A stretch of DNA of 64,000 nucleotides from Vitrella brassicaformis CCMP3155 (GCA_001179505.1 CDMY01000542.1:286187-350186); one strand, 5' to 3'; shown: positions 39,549 to 59,464, counted from the first letter of the stretch. Notes: generated by a model from the letters alone, not told the origin. Program-made: numbers and translations.

Positions 39549-40119
39549 CTAGCTGGTTGGCTTACTTGGTGCTTTGGTGACGTCGAGTGTGATGGCGGTG
39601 GCTGCGTCCTTGCCGCCCGTGTTCTCCAGCACCTCGGCCACAGTGTCGCTCACGGGCAGCTTAGTTCCCTTGTACATGAAGGCCCAGGTGTCGAGGTCTT
39701 TGACGATCTCCGACGGGGGGCCCCAAATCTGCTCCAGGACGTCGCCAAGGTCCATGTCGGGACTGCATTTGATGACAAACGTGCCCTTCTCCTTCCCATT
39801 GACGGTGATGTTGACGTACACGTTCACCGGGGCGGCAGCGAAGACGTCCATGATCGAGCGCGCCACCGTCACTTTCGGGTCGTCGCGATACGCAATGTGG
39901 TTGGCCGACGAGGACACACTGAGGGGCGGAATGGGACGGCGACGAAGGGCAAAACCGGCAGACTGCACGACAAACACACACATCAGAAGCGCTGCCCATT
40001 GCTTCTTCGGCTGCCTGACCGACCTGTGTGCCGGCCGTGGCCGCTTCGGTAGGGCTGATGGCCACCGACAGTTGGCTCACCAGCAGCAGCAGCAGCAGCA
40101 ACACACTGATGGACGTCAT
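39549..40119 (-). CDS. Small protein with a bipartite-like leader and a C-terminal ubiquitin-like (beta-grasp) region, 2 exons
   Basis: MTSISVLLLLLLLVSQLSVA (signal), ...TQ|SAGFALRRRPIPPLSVSSS (Phe/Arg/Ser-rich transit-like), then VNVYVNITVNGKEKGTFVIKCSPDMDLGDVLEQI...AFMYKGTKLPVSDTVAEV. A single GT-AG intron joins the two frames in phase 0. Confidence 0.7.
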
Positions 40120-40540
40120 GATGGAGTGACGGGAAGATCTCTCTAGACTTCTGCGGCGACAAACCTCTCCGTAGCCGGGCATACGGTGAGTGCAGATCTC
40201 TTCGCGAGAAATGTCTTGCGCTTTTGCCCTAAGATTTTGCTCGTGAAACCTTCAGAGAGGAGGTGCGAGCTTAGGTCACACACACTCCGGATCTTCGCTT
40301 ACATCAGTGCTGTACAACGTCGCTTCCCCAACGGAACACCCGTTTCGGTCCCTGGAGGGCACTTCATTCATTGACCTGGTGAGTAGATACCCGAACTGGA
40401 CATCCGAACTCGCCACTTGTGTTGTGACGGCAGAGATCTCTTCATGCGGCGCGTGGTGTGTGACTTGGTTGTGATGCGCGTACAGATCCTTTCGGGTCAA
40501 GGATCTGTCGACGTACAATGCCGCACTCGCGCTGACAGCG

Positions 40541-41104
40541 ATGTCTGTGAAGAAGCGCTTCCTTCTTTGCTGGGATCCTGAGGGGAAACAACCGGTGAGG
40601 AGAAGAGCTGACAGCTCTCCTGTCGAGTTCAAGCTCACTATCGAGGAGCACGACGACTACGACGACGTCCTGGTCAAGGCCTTGGAGTGCGTGCGCCTGC
40701 CTGCCGGCAGTGGGGAGCCGTGGAGGCACCTGAGCAGCCCACTCCAGGTCAACCTACCGCAGTGGGGTGACGCCAACAAGAACGCGCCGTTTCTCGAGGT
40801 GTTCGACGGAAGAGGGGACAGCAGCAAGGACGCCATCGCAGTCATCATCCCTCCCCTCCCTGCATCCGCCACGCCGCCACCGACGCTCCCCCGAGGTGGG
40901 AAGGAGGAGAACACGCCAAGGAGGGGTAGGGTGGGTCAACTTTTGTGCATCGGTACTGCAGGTGAGAAGATGGGCGAGGCCAAGGGGTCAGTGGCTGGGC
41001 TTCTGGACGAGGGACTGGACTGGTACAAGACGCACCGCAAAGAGGTCGGGAAACTGCTTCGCTCTCGCACGGCAAGCTGGGAGGGCCCAACTCTGCACAG
41101 GTAG
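40541..41104 (+). CDS. Hypothetical protein (first exon at least)
   Basis: A 187-aa microsatellite-free ORF, MSVKKRFLLCWDPEG..., with coding-like codons. A possible donor GTAGGT at 41101 suggests it may continue downstream. Confidence 0.5.
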   Translation: MSVKKRFLLCWDPEGKQPVRRRADSSPVEFKLTIEEHDDYDDVLVKALECVRLPAGSGEPWRHLSSPLQVNLPQWGDANKNAPFLEVFDGRGDSSKDAIAVIIPPLPASATPPPTLPRGGKEENTPRRGRVGQLLCIGTAGEKMGEAKGSVAGLLDEGLDWYKTHRKEVGKLLRSRTASWEGPTLHR

Positions 41105-42511
41105 GTAATGAGGCAGACTCAGCGTGTCTATGCGGCCAAACAATGTGGTTTGTCGTTGTGTGGGTTTCAGTGGGTTGGCGGCGTGCTTTCGGCGTTTGCC
41201 GCTGCCGATCCTGCAGACTCCCAGTGGCAGGCAGCAGCCCTCTTCGGCGCATCCGTCATCAATATCACCGTCACACTCGTCGCATGACGAGACTATCTGT
41301 GGGGCTCCAAGCGGCTCCTCTACTCATGGGATTGGGACTCGCAGGAGAAGACGCCTAGCAAGCCAAAGCGAGCTGAGAAGCCAGAGCACGGACAAACAGG
41401 AGCAGAGGGAGGGGGAGAGAGATGAGCGGATGCCGCTTCTCCACTCCCACCCCCACTGATGCCAGCCGCAACACAACAGCAGCCCTCCAACGTCGCGTCG
41501 ACCAATGAAGATGCTCCACTGGGTAAGTCAGTCGATGTGGGTCAATACATCTACATGCGGTGCTTGCATGATTGTCCGCTCTTCAGGGACGCCTCTGCAC
41601 GCTGCAAGACTGAGTCGATAGAGGGGCCAGAGGGCGGCGGTGGTTGGTTTGGTTGGTTGGGTGGGTGGGCGTGTGGGTGCGTTGTGCGGCAAGGAGACAA
41701 TCGCCCGGAGTGCGGTGTGGCGTCAAGTCACATGGCGTGTCAGAGAAGGTGAGTGATAGAGAGTTGACCTGATGTATGGACATCGGTGTGTGTGTACCGT
41801 CTGGTCTCTCCGCTGTGTGTCTAGTGGCCCCTGCATGTGTGTACCTGTATGCTCCACTCAGTCAATAGACCCATTCCCTNNNNNNNNNNNNNNNNNNNNN
41901 NNNNNNNNNNNNNNNNNNNNNNNNNNNNNNNNNNNNNNNNNNNNNNNNNNNNNNNNNNNNNNNNNNNNNNNNNNNNNNNNNNNNNNNNNNNNNNNNNNNN
42001 NNNNNNNNNNNNNNNNNNNNNNNNNNNNNNNNNNNNNNNNNNNNNNNNNNNNNNNNNNNNNNNNNNNNNNNNNNNNNNNNNNNNNNNNNNNNNNNNNNNN
42101 NNNNNNNNNNNNNNNNNNNNNNNNNNNNNNNNNNNNNNNNNNNNNNNNNNNNNNNNNNNNNNNNNNNNNNNNNNNNNNNCCCCCCCCCCCCCCCCCAAGC
42201 CTACACAGATGAACAGCACCCGGGCTCCGCGCACGCAAACACATACATGCAGCCATCCATCCATTCATCCACCACTCCACGATCACCATCCGAGTGAGTA
42301 GTAAGCGTGTGTGTGTATGTATGTGTATGTATGTGTGTGTGTGTATGCACAGATGGCACATAGATAGTGGTGTCCGTCAAGCTAAGGATCTACTTGCCCG
42401 TCTGTCTTGTCTGTCTGTCAGCCGGCAACTCGTCCGCTCTGTTTGCTCACTCACGGCCCTCTTCTCTGTGCCCGCATCGCTGCTCTCATCACTGTCTAGA
42501 TCTAGAGCCAC

Positions 42512-45110
42512 TCATCCACTGGCCTCCATCTCCACGTCTACCGCACCAGTCTCACCCTGCCCCTCCCCCTCTGCCCCCTCTCCCCGCTCCTCACCACCAC
42601 TACCACCATCAGCCACCACGTCCACATCATCGCCACTATCGCCGCCGCCCCTGACCCTCCTCCTTTTCGGCCCGGCCGCCTCTCCGTCTGGCTCGCTCTC
42701 GTGGGGCCGCTTGGGGTGGTTGGGGGAGGCGGGCGGTTTCTTCTTCTGCTGCTTCTTGTTTCTCTTGTTCTGGTTCTGCTTCTTCTTGGGCTGGGGGCGG
42801 GGGGAGGGGGAGGCGGTGCGGTGGTGGTCGTTGGGGAGAGGGGGAGGGTCGTCGAGGGGCAGGTCGGGGTACTGATGGATGGATGGATGAGCACACAGGT
42901 GAGATGGCCGGACGGCAAAACAAGACACCACACACAGAGGTATATGTGGGTGTGGGTGTGAGTGTGTGTGTGGGGGGGAGGTGATACCTTGTCGGCCCAC
43001 TTCTGGTAGACGCGCCACGGCGACACCAGCTGACCATTGACACACAGCACACAGCGCACAGACACACACGCACGCACATGGAGCGTTGGATGTGGGTGTG
43101 TCTGATAGGGTGTGATACGCTCGATGCGCACTCACCCCGTCCTTGCCGCAAAGGCAGTCCAGCAATGCCTTGCTGCCCTTCTTGCTCTTGAGCTCCTTGT
43201 ACCTTCACACACACACACACACACAGAGCGAGAGAGAGAGCATTCCCCCCTCTCCCTCACCCGACCCATTCGCCCGTTCCCTTCAGCCGGCCTACTTGTG
43301 TGAGAACTCCTGGATGACCAGCCCCTGCAGGCCGTCATCGCCCGTCTTCTTGCAGGTCTTGCCGTGGACAAACTGACCACATACACACACATGGGTGTCG
43401 GCTTCCATTGCACAGAGACAGACACGCAGGCACGCGCTCTCACCTGGATGAGCTCCTTGATGGCCGCGTCGTCCTTCAACGGCATCTCGCCCTCAGGCCC
43501 GCCGCCACCACCGCCAGCACGCCTGCCGCCACCGGTGCCGCTGGCCGAGTCAGACGCCCCCATGGCCATATCGCTATCGCCATCAAGATCTCCGTCTACG
43601 TCTACGTCTAATGCGTCATCGGGCGCTGTCGCACTCCCCTGACACACACACAACACACCCACACACACACACACAGAGGGGGAGAGAGAGAGAGGGCGAC
43701 ACATACACACACAGGGGGGAGGAGAGGAGGGGTGTGTGGGTGGTGCACTTGCCGAATTGGGTAGCTTCTTCTGCTGCTTCTTCTTCTTGTCGTTGTTTTT
43801 GGGTTGTTTGGTCGTCTTGGGTTTGGCCTTGGCCTTGCCCTTGGCCGTGGCTTTGCCCTTGGCGCGCTTGCCCTTCTTCTTCTTCTTCTCGCGAGTCAGC
43901 AGGGCAGGTGTCACTGCGCACACACATGGACACACACTCTCTCTCTCTCTCTCTCCCTCTCTCCCTCGCCCTCCCTCTATCTGTGTGTTGTCTACTGGGT
44001 AGAATGGGCAGAATCCTAGCGTGGTAGAAGAGCTCACTCATGGCGGCTGACACACGCACACACACACACCGACACACAGAAATCCTCCCATCCATCCATC
44101 CATCCATTCAGCCATCCACCGTCGCCCACCCCCCGACACACACATACCTGCCTCCATCTCAGAGAGCCCCTCGATGTTGGGTGCAGTGTCATGTGCCGGG
44201 TCGGGGTGTGCGGCCATACGGCCCATGCAGAGTTCGGGGGACATGTCGAGCTCCTTCTGGCCGAAGGGGGGGAGGGCGTGGCTGTTGGAGATGGCCAGGT
44301 GCTCGTCGTCCTCCACTTCGCCCTCTGACATCCATGACGACGACACACACATACGGTAAGGTGTGTTTATGCGTGTTGACGGACGACGAGTATGTGTGTG
44401 GGGGATACCGAGGAAGTCGCCGTCGGGACAGATGAAGCCATCGTTCTGCCACACACAGACAGACAGACAGAGGGAGAGAGACAGAGATACAAAAGGTGTG
44501 TGTGTGTGTGTGTCGCGGGTGTGTGCCGCACGCACGTCGTCTTTGTCGTCTTCGTCCTGCTCTTCCTCCTCGCTGTCCTCGATGTCCTCATACTCATACT
44601 CCTGCACCCATCACAAGGCAATGCACCAGACCCACACACCCAGACAGGCACACACATGGACGCACCTCAGCGTACTCCGAGTCCGAGTCGCGCTCGTAGT
44701 CCAGCGAGGGCTCCTCAATCCGGTAGTTGGTGAACCGACACGACTGCAGCCACACACACGCACACAGACACACAGACACAAAACACAAAACGCAAAACAC
44801 AAACTACACACATGGGATGTGGGGATTGAGGTAGCTGGTGATCTTGCCAACCTTTGGCTTTCTGTTGATGAGGTAGTGGTGGTCGCGGTACTGTCTGAAG
44901 TAGAAGTGGGTCGTGCAGCTGCGCACCCAGCCCAATCGGGGCAACGACTCATCTGCACCACACACACACACACACACATGGCGGCGTGTCGATGCCGTGT
45001 TTACGCAATGGATCTTTCTCCTCAACCCCCCCCTCTCTCTCTCTGTGTGTGCTCACCATTGTAGCCGCTGCGCAAGGAGAGCATCCTCGGATTCTGCACA
45101 CACATACAGA

Positions 45111-45149
<39 letters not shown>

Positions 45150-47129
45150 TGTGGCCCGTTTCGCTCCCCCCCCCCCCCCCCCCNNNNNNNNNNNNNNNNN
45201 NNNNNNNNNNNNNNNNNNNNNNNNNNNNNNNNNNNNNNNNNNNNNNNNNNNNNNNNNNNNNNNNNNNNNNNNNNNNNNNNNNNNNNNNNNNNNNNNNNNN
45301 NNNNNNNNNNNNNNNNNNNNNNNNNNNNNNNNNNNNNNNNNNNNNNNNNNNNNNNNNNNNNNNNNNNNNNNNNNNNNNNNNNNNNNNNNNNNNNNNNNNN
45401 NNNNNNNNNNNNNNNNNNNNNNNNNNNNNNNNNNNNNNNNNNNNNNNNNNNNNNNNNNNNNNNNNNNNNNNNNNNNNNNNNNNCCCCCCCCCCCCCCCTC
45501 TCCCTCCCTTCCTCAGTGTCGGTCGGTCATACGAGCGGCTCCTTCTTGCTGTGTGTGCTGTTGATGCTCATGACCGTGTTGGCCGCCTTGCTCTTGTCCG
45601 GCTTTTCCGACCTGACGAAGCGGCGCCTACGGACTGATTTGATATATGACCACACACACATTAAAACACACACAGATGGGTGGGGAGAGGGGTGTGGTGT
45701 GTGGTGGGGCTGGAGGGGGTCGGCAGGCAGGCTTGCTCACAGACTCACTCTTGCGAATGAGTTTCTTCTTGTGGCTGTGCTGGGCCTTCTTGAGGAATGG
45801 CCGGTGCTCCGCCCACAGCTCGTCGCGACACTTGCTCTCGCAACACGCCACCCACTCTTCCAAACCTGACCGACCGACTCAGACAGACGGACACACAGAC
45901 AGACAGACAGACAGACAGCGACACATAAATCTGTGTGTGTGGCGCGTGCCGGCCGTGTGTGTGTGTGTGTGTGCCCCCACTCTTCTTTCTAGCGTCGATG
46001 AGCCTGGTGCGATCGCGCTTGACCGGCCCACGGTACTGGCGGAACACCCCGCCATCATCTCCTACTGCACACACACGCACAGGAATGGCGTGTGTACGTG
46101 ATTTCTCTCTGTGTGTGTGCGTGAGGGGGGGATGTGGGATGTGTGTGTAGAGAGGTCACCGTTGCCCACAGCCTTGGCCCCCCCTGCCGCCCCCTCCCTC
46201 TCTCCCTCCCCCTCTCCGTTGACACAGATGAGGTCGTCATCGGCCGGCTGCAGCGGGGCTGGGGGCGGCTTCTTGGCGGGCTGATGTATGTTGACACACA
46301 CAGACAGGGTAAGGGTGGATGGGATGGGCTGGTGTGGGTTGGGGTGGATTGCGGTGTGCCTGTTTGGCGAGCCATGAGGTCATGAGGTTGGCGGATTTCT
46401 TCTTGGCCTTCTCCTGCTCCTCCTTCTTGGTCTCCTTGGCCCTGTGGGCGTGTGCACACACGCATCGCATCATTCAGCAGATGGATATCGGCGTGTCATG
46501 TCAGGTCGCTCTCTCACCGCTTCTCGCCCTGGCATAGTCCCCCCCCCCNNNNNNNNNNNNNNNNNNNNNNNNNNNNNNNNNNNNNNNNNNNNNNNNNNNN
46601 NNNNNNNNNNNNNNNNNNNNNNNNNNNNNNNNNNNNNNNNNNNNNNNNNNNNNNNNNNNNNNNNNNNNNNNNNNNNNNNNNNNNNNNNNNNNNNNNNNNN
46701 NNNNNNNNNNNNNNNNNNNNNNNNNNNNNNNNNNNNNNNNNNNNNNNNNNNNNNNNNNNNNNNNNNNNNNNNNNNNNNNNNNNNNNNNNNNNNNNNNNNN
46801 NNNNNNNNNNNNNNNNNNNNNNNNNNNNNNNNNNNNNNNNNNNNNNNNCACACACACAGAGAGAGAGAGAGGGAGAGAGAGAGGGAGAGAGAGAGTTGGG
46901 GTGTGTCGCGGTGAGAGGGTGCGTGTACCTCTTTTTTCTCTTTCTTTTGTTCCTTCTCCTTGCGCTTTTGTTCCCTCTCCTTGCGCTTCGTGTCCTCCTC
47001 GTCATACTGACACCCATCCGCCCGTCCACACACGTGACACACATGACACGCGTGACACCCACACAAATACATACATACATACCTTCTTGAGCTTCTCGTC
47101 CTCCTCCTTGATCTTCTGTACTTGACCCT

Positions 47130-47161
<32 letters not shown>

Positions 47162-47439
47162 GGGGAGAGAGGGAGAGAGGGAGAGAGGGAGAGAGAGAGC
47201 GGGAGCAATGCACCATCCACCCACCCACCCAGCCACCCATCCGCCGACCTGTTCGATGGCGTGAATGAGCGTCACGAGGCAGGTGATCCGCTGCTTGACC
47301 TTCCCCCTCAGTGTCCGCTTGGCCGTCAGCGCCTTCCTGGCACCGTCCGTGAGCATCTCCTTCAGGCCCGTGTTCAGCTCCCACACATACAGCACATCGC
47401 CGCTCATGTCGTCATTCACTGAGGCCTTCTGCACGCACA

Positions 47440-47476
<37 letters not shown>

Positions 47477-48068
47477 GTCTGGCTGTGTGTGTGGGGGGGG
47501 GGCGGGTGTGTGAGGGTGGGTGCCCACCTTGCCCCCGCCGGATTTGCCGCTGGATTTGGCGCCGCTCTTGCTGGTCTTCCGGGAGGCGGTCTTGCCGCCG
47601 TCCAGTGGCACCGAGTAGCTGAGAAACATCCAGCCATGTGTGTGTGTCTGAGTGAGGGGTGTGTGGAGGACCTGACTGACCTCTTCCGTGTGGCGAGGGT
47701 GGGGATGATGTCTGTGAGGAAGTTGACGACCGAGGAGTGCTCCATCCTGGGGCCGTACTTGCTGCTGCCGCCCTTGCCGCCATTCCCACAGCCATTCTGA
47801 CAACCATTTCCACATACCACACACACACAGACACATGCGTCTGTGCATCCCTCTCTCCCTCCCTCCCTCTCTCTGCGTGGGTGGCTGTGAGTGTACGTCG
47901 TTGGTGAGGTCGATGCTGTTGCTGTTGTTGTCTTGTTTGTCATTCTTGGGCGACTCCGGTCCCGCGGCCGTCTGCAGCTCGGTGGCGAGCCGCTCCGCCA
48001 ACTCGCCCAACGTCTCGCGACTGCCCTCAACCTTCAACACTGAATCGACCACCACCACCACCACACAT

Positions 48069-48100
<32 letters not shown>

Positions 48101-48690
48101 TGTGTGTGTGTCGGTCGGTGGGTCGGTCAGCCAGCATACCTACCTAGAGTGGTCTTCTGCTGCTCGGTCAGCTGCGGCTTCCGCGCCCCTGGAGGTGAGG
48201 CGGGTCGGTGGCACACGGCCAGGCCCAGCCGGTGCAGCGACTCGGGCAGATGCTCAGACAAATCAGCTACCTGTCACGTCACACAGACAGACAAAACACA
48301 GCAGAGAAGAGAACCACGCCATACGGAAAACGCCAGATCTGAGTGTGCTCGTGTGGGTGTTCCGCTCACGGGCAGGTCTTTTCCCTCGAGCAGCTCCTGG
48401 TACATCTGCCTGTACTGCGGCAGCTTCTGCTTGTACTCCTCCAGAGTCTCGTCCAGCGAATCCCCACCACCCTGCTCACCATTGTCCTCACCGTCGCCCT
48501 CGCCCTCTCCCTCTCCCTCGCCCTCGCCGTCGCCGTCGCCGTCGTCCTCTCCTTCTCCCTCGTCTTGCTCGTCGTCAGCGTCAGCTCCATCAGCTGCTGC
48601 AGTGTCCTCAGGTCGGTCAGCCTGGTCCTCCTGGTTGTCGTCCATCTGCATGGGAGCCGGCTCGTCGCCACCCTGGTCTGGTGGGTCCAT
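42512..48690 (-). CDS. CHAF1A: Chromatin assembly factor 1 large subunit (p150/Cac1-like)
   Basis: KER coiled-coil exons (EEDTKRKEREQKRKEKEQKKEKKE; AKETKKEEQEKAKKKSANLMTSWL), the CAF1A/ED motif LDYERDSDSEYAEEYEYEDIEDSEEEE...NDGFICPDG..WMSEGE, and a winged-helix-like C-terminus (LLDCLCGK...SWRVYQKWADK). Start MDPPDQGG at 48690. Confidence 0.8.
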
Positions 48691-49173
48691 GGCTGATCTC
48701 TCCGTGCGATGCGATGCCCAACACGCAGGCGAGCTGGGCTGAGATTGTAAACACGATGGAGCGCTCCAAATGCCATCGTAAGCACACACACACCGCCACA
48801 GATGCGTCGGCTGCCTTCATTCTTTCAAAATCCTATCATGGTGTGGTGTTTTTTGGTGTCAGGGCTGCAGGGCGGGAGCGGTGGATGGAACTACTTGATG
48901 GATGGCTACGGGATGGATGGATGGATGAGCACGCCATTGGATGGATGAGCACATGATCGCACCCACAACGGACTCTCGCCGCTGACTGATCCATCAGCCA
49001 GCGGCGAAATCATTGGCGTAAGTTAATGTCCCCTGGTTGATGCACTCACAGTCCCATCTCTCTCTCTGCCCTCTGCGGCGATCATTCTCTTTGGCTGCAC
49101 TGCACTGCAGGTGGCGGGGTGGTAGAGCAGCACATACACACGTGACCGAGTGAGTGGGAGTGGGAGGGGCAAG

Positions 49174-55143
<5,970 letters not shown>

Positions 55144-55375
55144 CTGTCTCATGGGAGGGGAGGGGAGGGGGGGTGGTGTGGTGTGGTAGGCATGCTTACA
55201 TATGCATGTGTGTCGCGGTGTGTGTGCGTATGCGTGTGCTGATGGTCATGTGTGTGTGGACTGGCATACGACGGACCAACGTAGTTGAAAAGAACCGTAC
55301 CTCTGCAAGCTGGCTAAAGCTGGCCAAACCCTGGCCGACATAACCTGGCGGGAGATTCCAGATAATAATAAGATC

Positions 55376-56282
55376 ATGGGTTCGCATCTGGTGCTGCTGA
55401 GCCTCTGGGGCGCCGCACTCGCTGCTATGGCCGGTAGGACCTTAAGACCTCACACCCACCCACCCCGCCCCATGATTCATCAGATACCAACCATCTGTGT
55501 GTGGGTGTTTGGCTGTTCGGGGTGTCGGTGTCGGCCTACAGGGTGCACAATGCCTGCTGCCGGCAGAACGTCAATGCGCGACGGTCAAAAGGCCCAGATC
55601 TATCCGTGTATTGTGGACGCACCGCCCAGATCTCTCTGTGTATGTGTTTTGGTATGTGCAGCTGATAAGTACTCGCCAACGTCGGCCAGCATCATTCCCC
55701 CGGGCTCGTTTCTCGACCGAGAATATGGGCAAGAGGGTACGTATCTGGATGGATGGATGGATGGATGGATCGGCGGAGGGAGGGCATATGTCTTCGCACC
55801 TGCGGGTGGTTGCAGGTGTGGCGATGGCCGCGCTGTCTGCGGAGCTGGGCAAGGCCGAGGACGATATCCGTCGGTCGCTCAAGCAACTCAAAGCCGCCGA
55901 CCAACAGCTGAAGGGTGAGTATGGTACACGTGCCAGCGGATGGATGGATGGATTTGGTTGTCTGTGTCTATGTCTGTCGCACACGGATGTCAGGCATCTT
56001 TGAAACTCTCTTTGGCAGTAAGGGGAGCTACGATGTCAACCCGGAACAACCTCCCCAAGGTAGTAGGTGACGAAGGCAACACCGTGGATGGATGGATGGA
56101 TGGCTTCGGTTCTCAGTCGTAGAGGACTGCAGAGGTGAGGCGGACAACGTCAAGTGCGGCGATATGGCCCGATGCTGCAACGAGATCTGCACACCAGTGT
56201 ACGCACGCACACCACCCGGGCAACACCCAACACCCACAGACACACATCTCTCTCTCCCCCCCTCTGTCTCGGTGTCTCCCTT

Positions 56283-56320
<38 letters not shown>

Positions 56321-56438
56321 TGTGTGTTGCAGGTCGCAATGGGAGATGGCTAAGCGTCGCCGGCCCCGCGGCATGGAGTTCCCACCCTGCCCGGTAAAGG
56401 GGGTCACGAGGGAGCTAAGGGAGGTGCCCTTGTGGTAA
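55376..56438 (+). CDS. Small putative secreted hypothetical protein
   Basis: Signal-like start MGSHLVLLSLWGAALAAMAG. Exon-like pieces include AELGKAEDDIRRSLKQLKAADQQLK, DCRGEADNVKCGDMARCCNEICTP and SQWEMAKRRRPRGMEFPPCPVKG...W*. The exon chain was not fully resolved. Confidence 0.45.
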
Positions 56439-57327
56439 AAGGCTTACCACCCCTAAACACACACACACTCCAACACACGCCCCTCACACCCCACACGCAC
56501 ACGACGGTAGAACTGATAGAATCAACCGGGAGGGAGGGAGGGAGGGAGGTGCATGCCAGTCGCACATTCTGTCTTCTTTCCTCTTGATCTCTCTGAATGG
56601 ATGGCTGGATCTTCCCCTCAGACCTTTTTCTTTCGTGTGGTGTGGTGCGTGTGTTTTCGGCCGTCCGTCTGTCCGTCTGTCCGTCTGTCTGCCTGTCTTG
56701 GTTGGCCGGGGTGGGTGTGGGTGTGGGTCGGACACAGATCAAACCGGACCGATAGACCACGGAACTGGCGACTGACTGAATCGAATCAATGACTTACCGG
56801 TGAGATGGTCGGGAAGAGCATTGAAAAGTGGAGATGTTCACGCACTGACGCGTCATAGGGTGAACTGTACACGACAAACACACATACACACACACACATC
56901 TGGGCAGGGCATGAGCCGCCAGGCTGGCTAATGGTACAATGTAATGGATCAAGGAATAGGTAGAGGCAGGCAGGCAGAGCGATAAATGGCTTCTTCTATA
57001 CAGGTGACCTCAACGGATGAATGGGATGGATGGGAGACAGACAGACAGACAGATGGACAGATACACCCACAGTCCCCCCCCCCCAACCCCCCCCCACACA
57101 CGGATCGTTGAACACTCCCTGTCTCCCTCCCTGTCTCCCTGTCTCCCTGTCTGTCCGCTGTCCGGTGCGCTACACGCGCCTGCATCCATGCAGGCGCCCA
57201 CGGCACACGACCCACAGACACATTCGACTCAAAGCCATTCCACGCTCTCGTCTCGTCTGGCACTCTAGATGGGTGAATGGATAGATGGATGAGGATTGAA
57301 AGCCACCACGCCTCTCTCCCTCCCTCC

Positions 57328-59428
57328 CTATGTGGCGGGCTTCTGGTGGATCGACAGAATGTCCATCAGGCTCATACATGTCCTACAAACACCACACACA
57401 CAGACGGACACAGTGGCCATGTGACGCCCATCTCTCTCTCTCCGTGTGTGTGTGTGTGTGTGTGTGCACATACCCGAGTATGGCAACGACGACGCCCAGC
57501 ACTACCAGCCCGAGTGCTCTCAGCTTCCGCTTGTGCGTCACGGGGCCGGGACACAGCTTGATGAAGAAGTACTGATACGATGGACACACACACGCACACA
57601 CACACACAGAGAGAGAGAGAGAGATCCACACACGTCTGTGTGCATTGAGGGAGGGGTGTGTTGGCTCGCTCACCCCGGGCAGAATGAAGGAGACGAAGGC
57701 GCCGCTGGTGGAGCCTATGATCTCGAAGACGATGCTGATGGACGGCAGAAACACCGCTATCACAAACGTCAGCGCCACCTGACGACACACAAAATGGCGG
57801 AATAATGGGCAGATCGACGGGCATATCCACACGCACACAACACACCGTGCTCGATGCGATGATCATCGACACAGTGCGTGAGATCAGCTGGGGCTGATTG
57901 AAGAACAGCACCATCTCCTGAACACACACACACACACGTGTGTGTCATTGTGTGGCTCTGGCTCTGGCACTCTCTCTCTGTTTGTGCGTGGCTGTGTGTC
58001 GTACGATGGAGTATCTGCAGGGGAAGATGTTCATTGGGTAGGCAAAGGTGACCGCAAAGGCCATTCCAGCAAAGGCCAGGGCCATCATCACACTGAACCC
58101 AAAAACCACACACCACACCACACCAACACCCCCAGACACACCCACAGAGAGAGAGAGAGATCCTCACCCACACCCACACCCACACACCCTTTCTGCCCAC
58201 TTTCGTCCAATCGTCGCAGCGTAGTTCTGCATAATATTGCTGCCGGTCCCGTCGCCCCAGGAGAGGAAGCCGCAGACCCCCATGAGGGCGTAGGTGATGA
58301 AGCAGAGGAAGGTACTCCGCCTGGAAACCTTGACCATCCTCCGGCAGTTTTGGTTCTCGAGCTCGCAGTAGATGGCGGGCACGTTGGACTGACACGAGTA
58401 GGCGAAGATGACCAGGGAGAACGCCCTGCACACATGGCGTTGATGAATGAATGACACAGGCAGGTGTGTGTGTCTGTGGTGTGTGGGTGTGGGGGGAGGA
58501 GAATACCTGACTGGCCTGAACAGGTCTGGCGGCAGGACAGCTGCACCTATTGACGAGAGGCTTGTGTCCATGCCCTACACAGAGAGAGAGAGAGAGAGGA
58601 ATGAGCACACAAATGGCACACACACACACACGTACCTGTAGAAGAAACTGTATCGCCACAGCAAGGCTCAGAAAGACGATCGCAGCCACGCCCAGGAAAC
58701 ACGTGAACCTGCACCACCACAAGGCAATACACATACACCCAAGCCATGCACCCCCACCCACCACAGCCGGCACATGTGCCTCTCAGAATGCCCACCTGAG
58801 CTCGTTAAGCTTCTCCGTAACAGAGAGAGGCAGCAGCACCCCAAAGGTCACCACAAACAGGATAAATCGCCTGTCGAGGATCATCTGCTGCCACACGGGC
58901 AAGCCATCGATGACGACGTTGACTTGCTGGTGGCCGCTGGCGCCGTCGACGCCGTGCAGGTGCATGCCCCGCTCAAAGCAGGCGTCGATGATGGTCTCGG
59001 CTATGTCGCCGACTGAGATGAGATACCCCACGGCCGTCCCGAAACAGAAAAGAATGATGTTCATCTCGACGAAGAGGGCGAACTTGCGCCCCGCCGCCTG
59101 CACAAACACACACACAGAGGGCGGGGCGGTGTGAGGGTGGTTCACGCTTTAACGCGCTCTCGCTCTCACCCTGACGGCCATCTCTTCGAAGGTCTTCAGC
59201 TCAGTGAAGTTGATGACGTGGACGACATAGACGGTGGCCAGGATGGACAGGATGCCGATGAACACCAGAAGCGCGACACCTATGACCACACCTGACACAG
59301 AGAGAGGGGGAGAGAGATGGATGGATGGATGGCATGGCGTACCTGCGTCGCTGACAGCGAAAGGAATGCTGAGTGCTCCCGCACCTAACGTCGCGCTCGT
59401 GAGATTGAAGACGCTGCTCTTCATCGAC

Positions 59429-59464
<36 letters not shown>

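Noticed and set aside
55300-55375. Sequence vaguely resembling the U1 snRNA 5' end (acctggc)
   Set aside because: No ATACTTACCTG, Sm site or stem-loops. No tRNA, rRNA or snRNA could be supported anywhere in the window.
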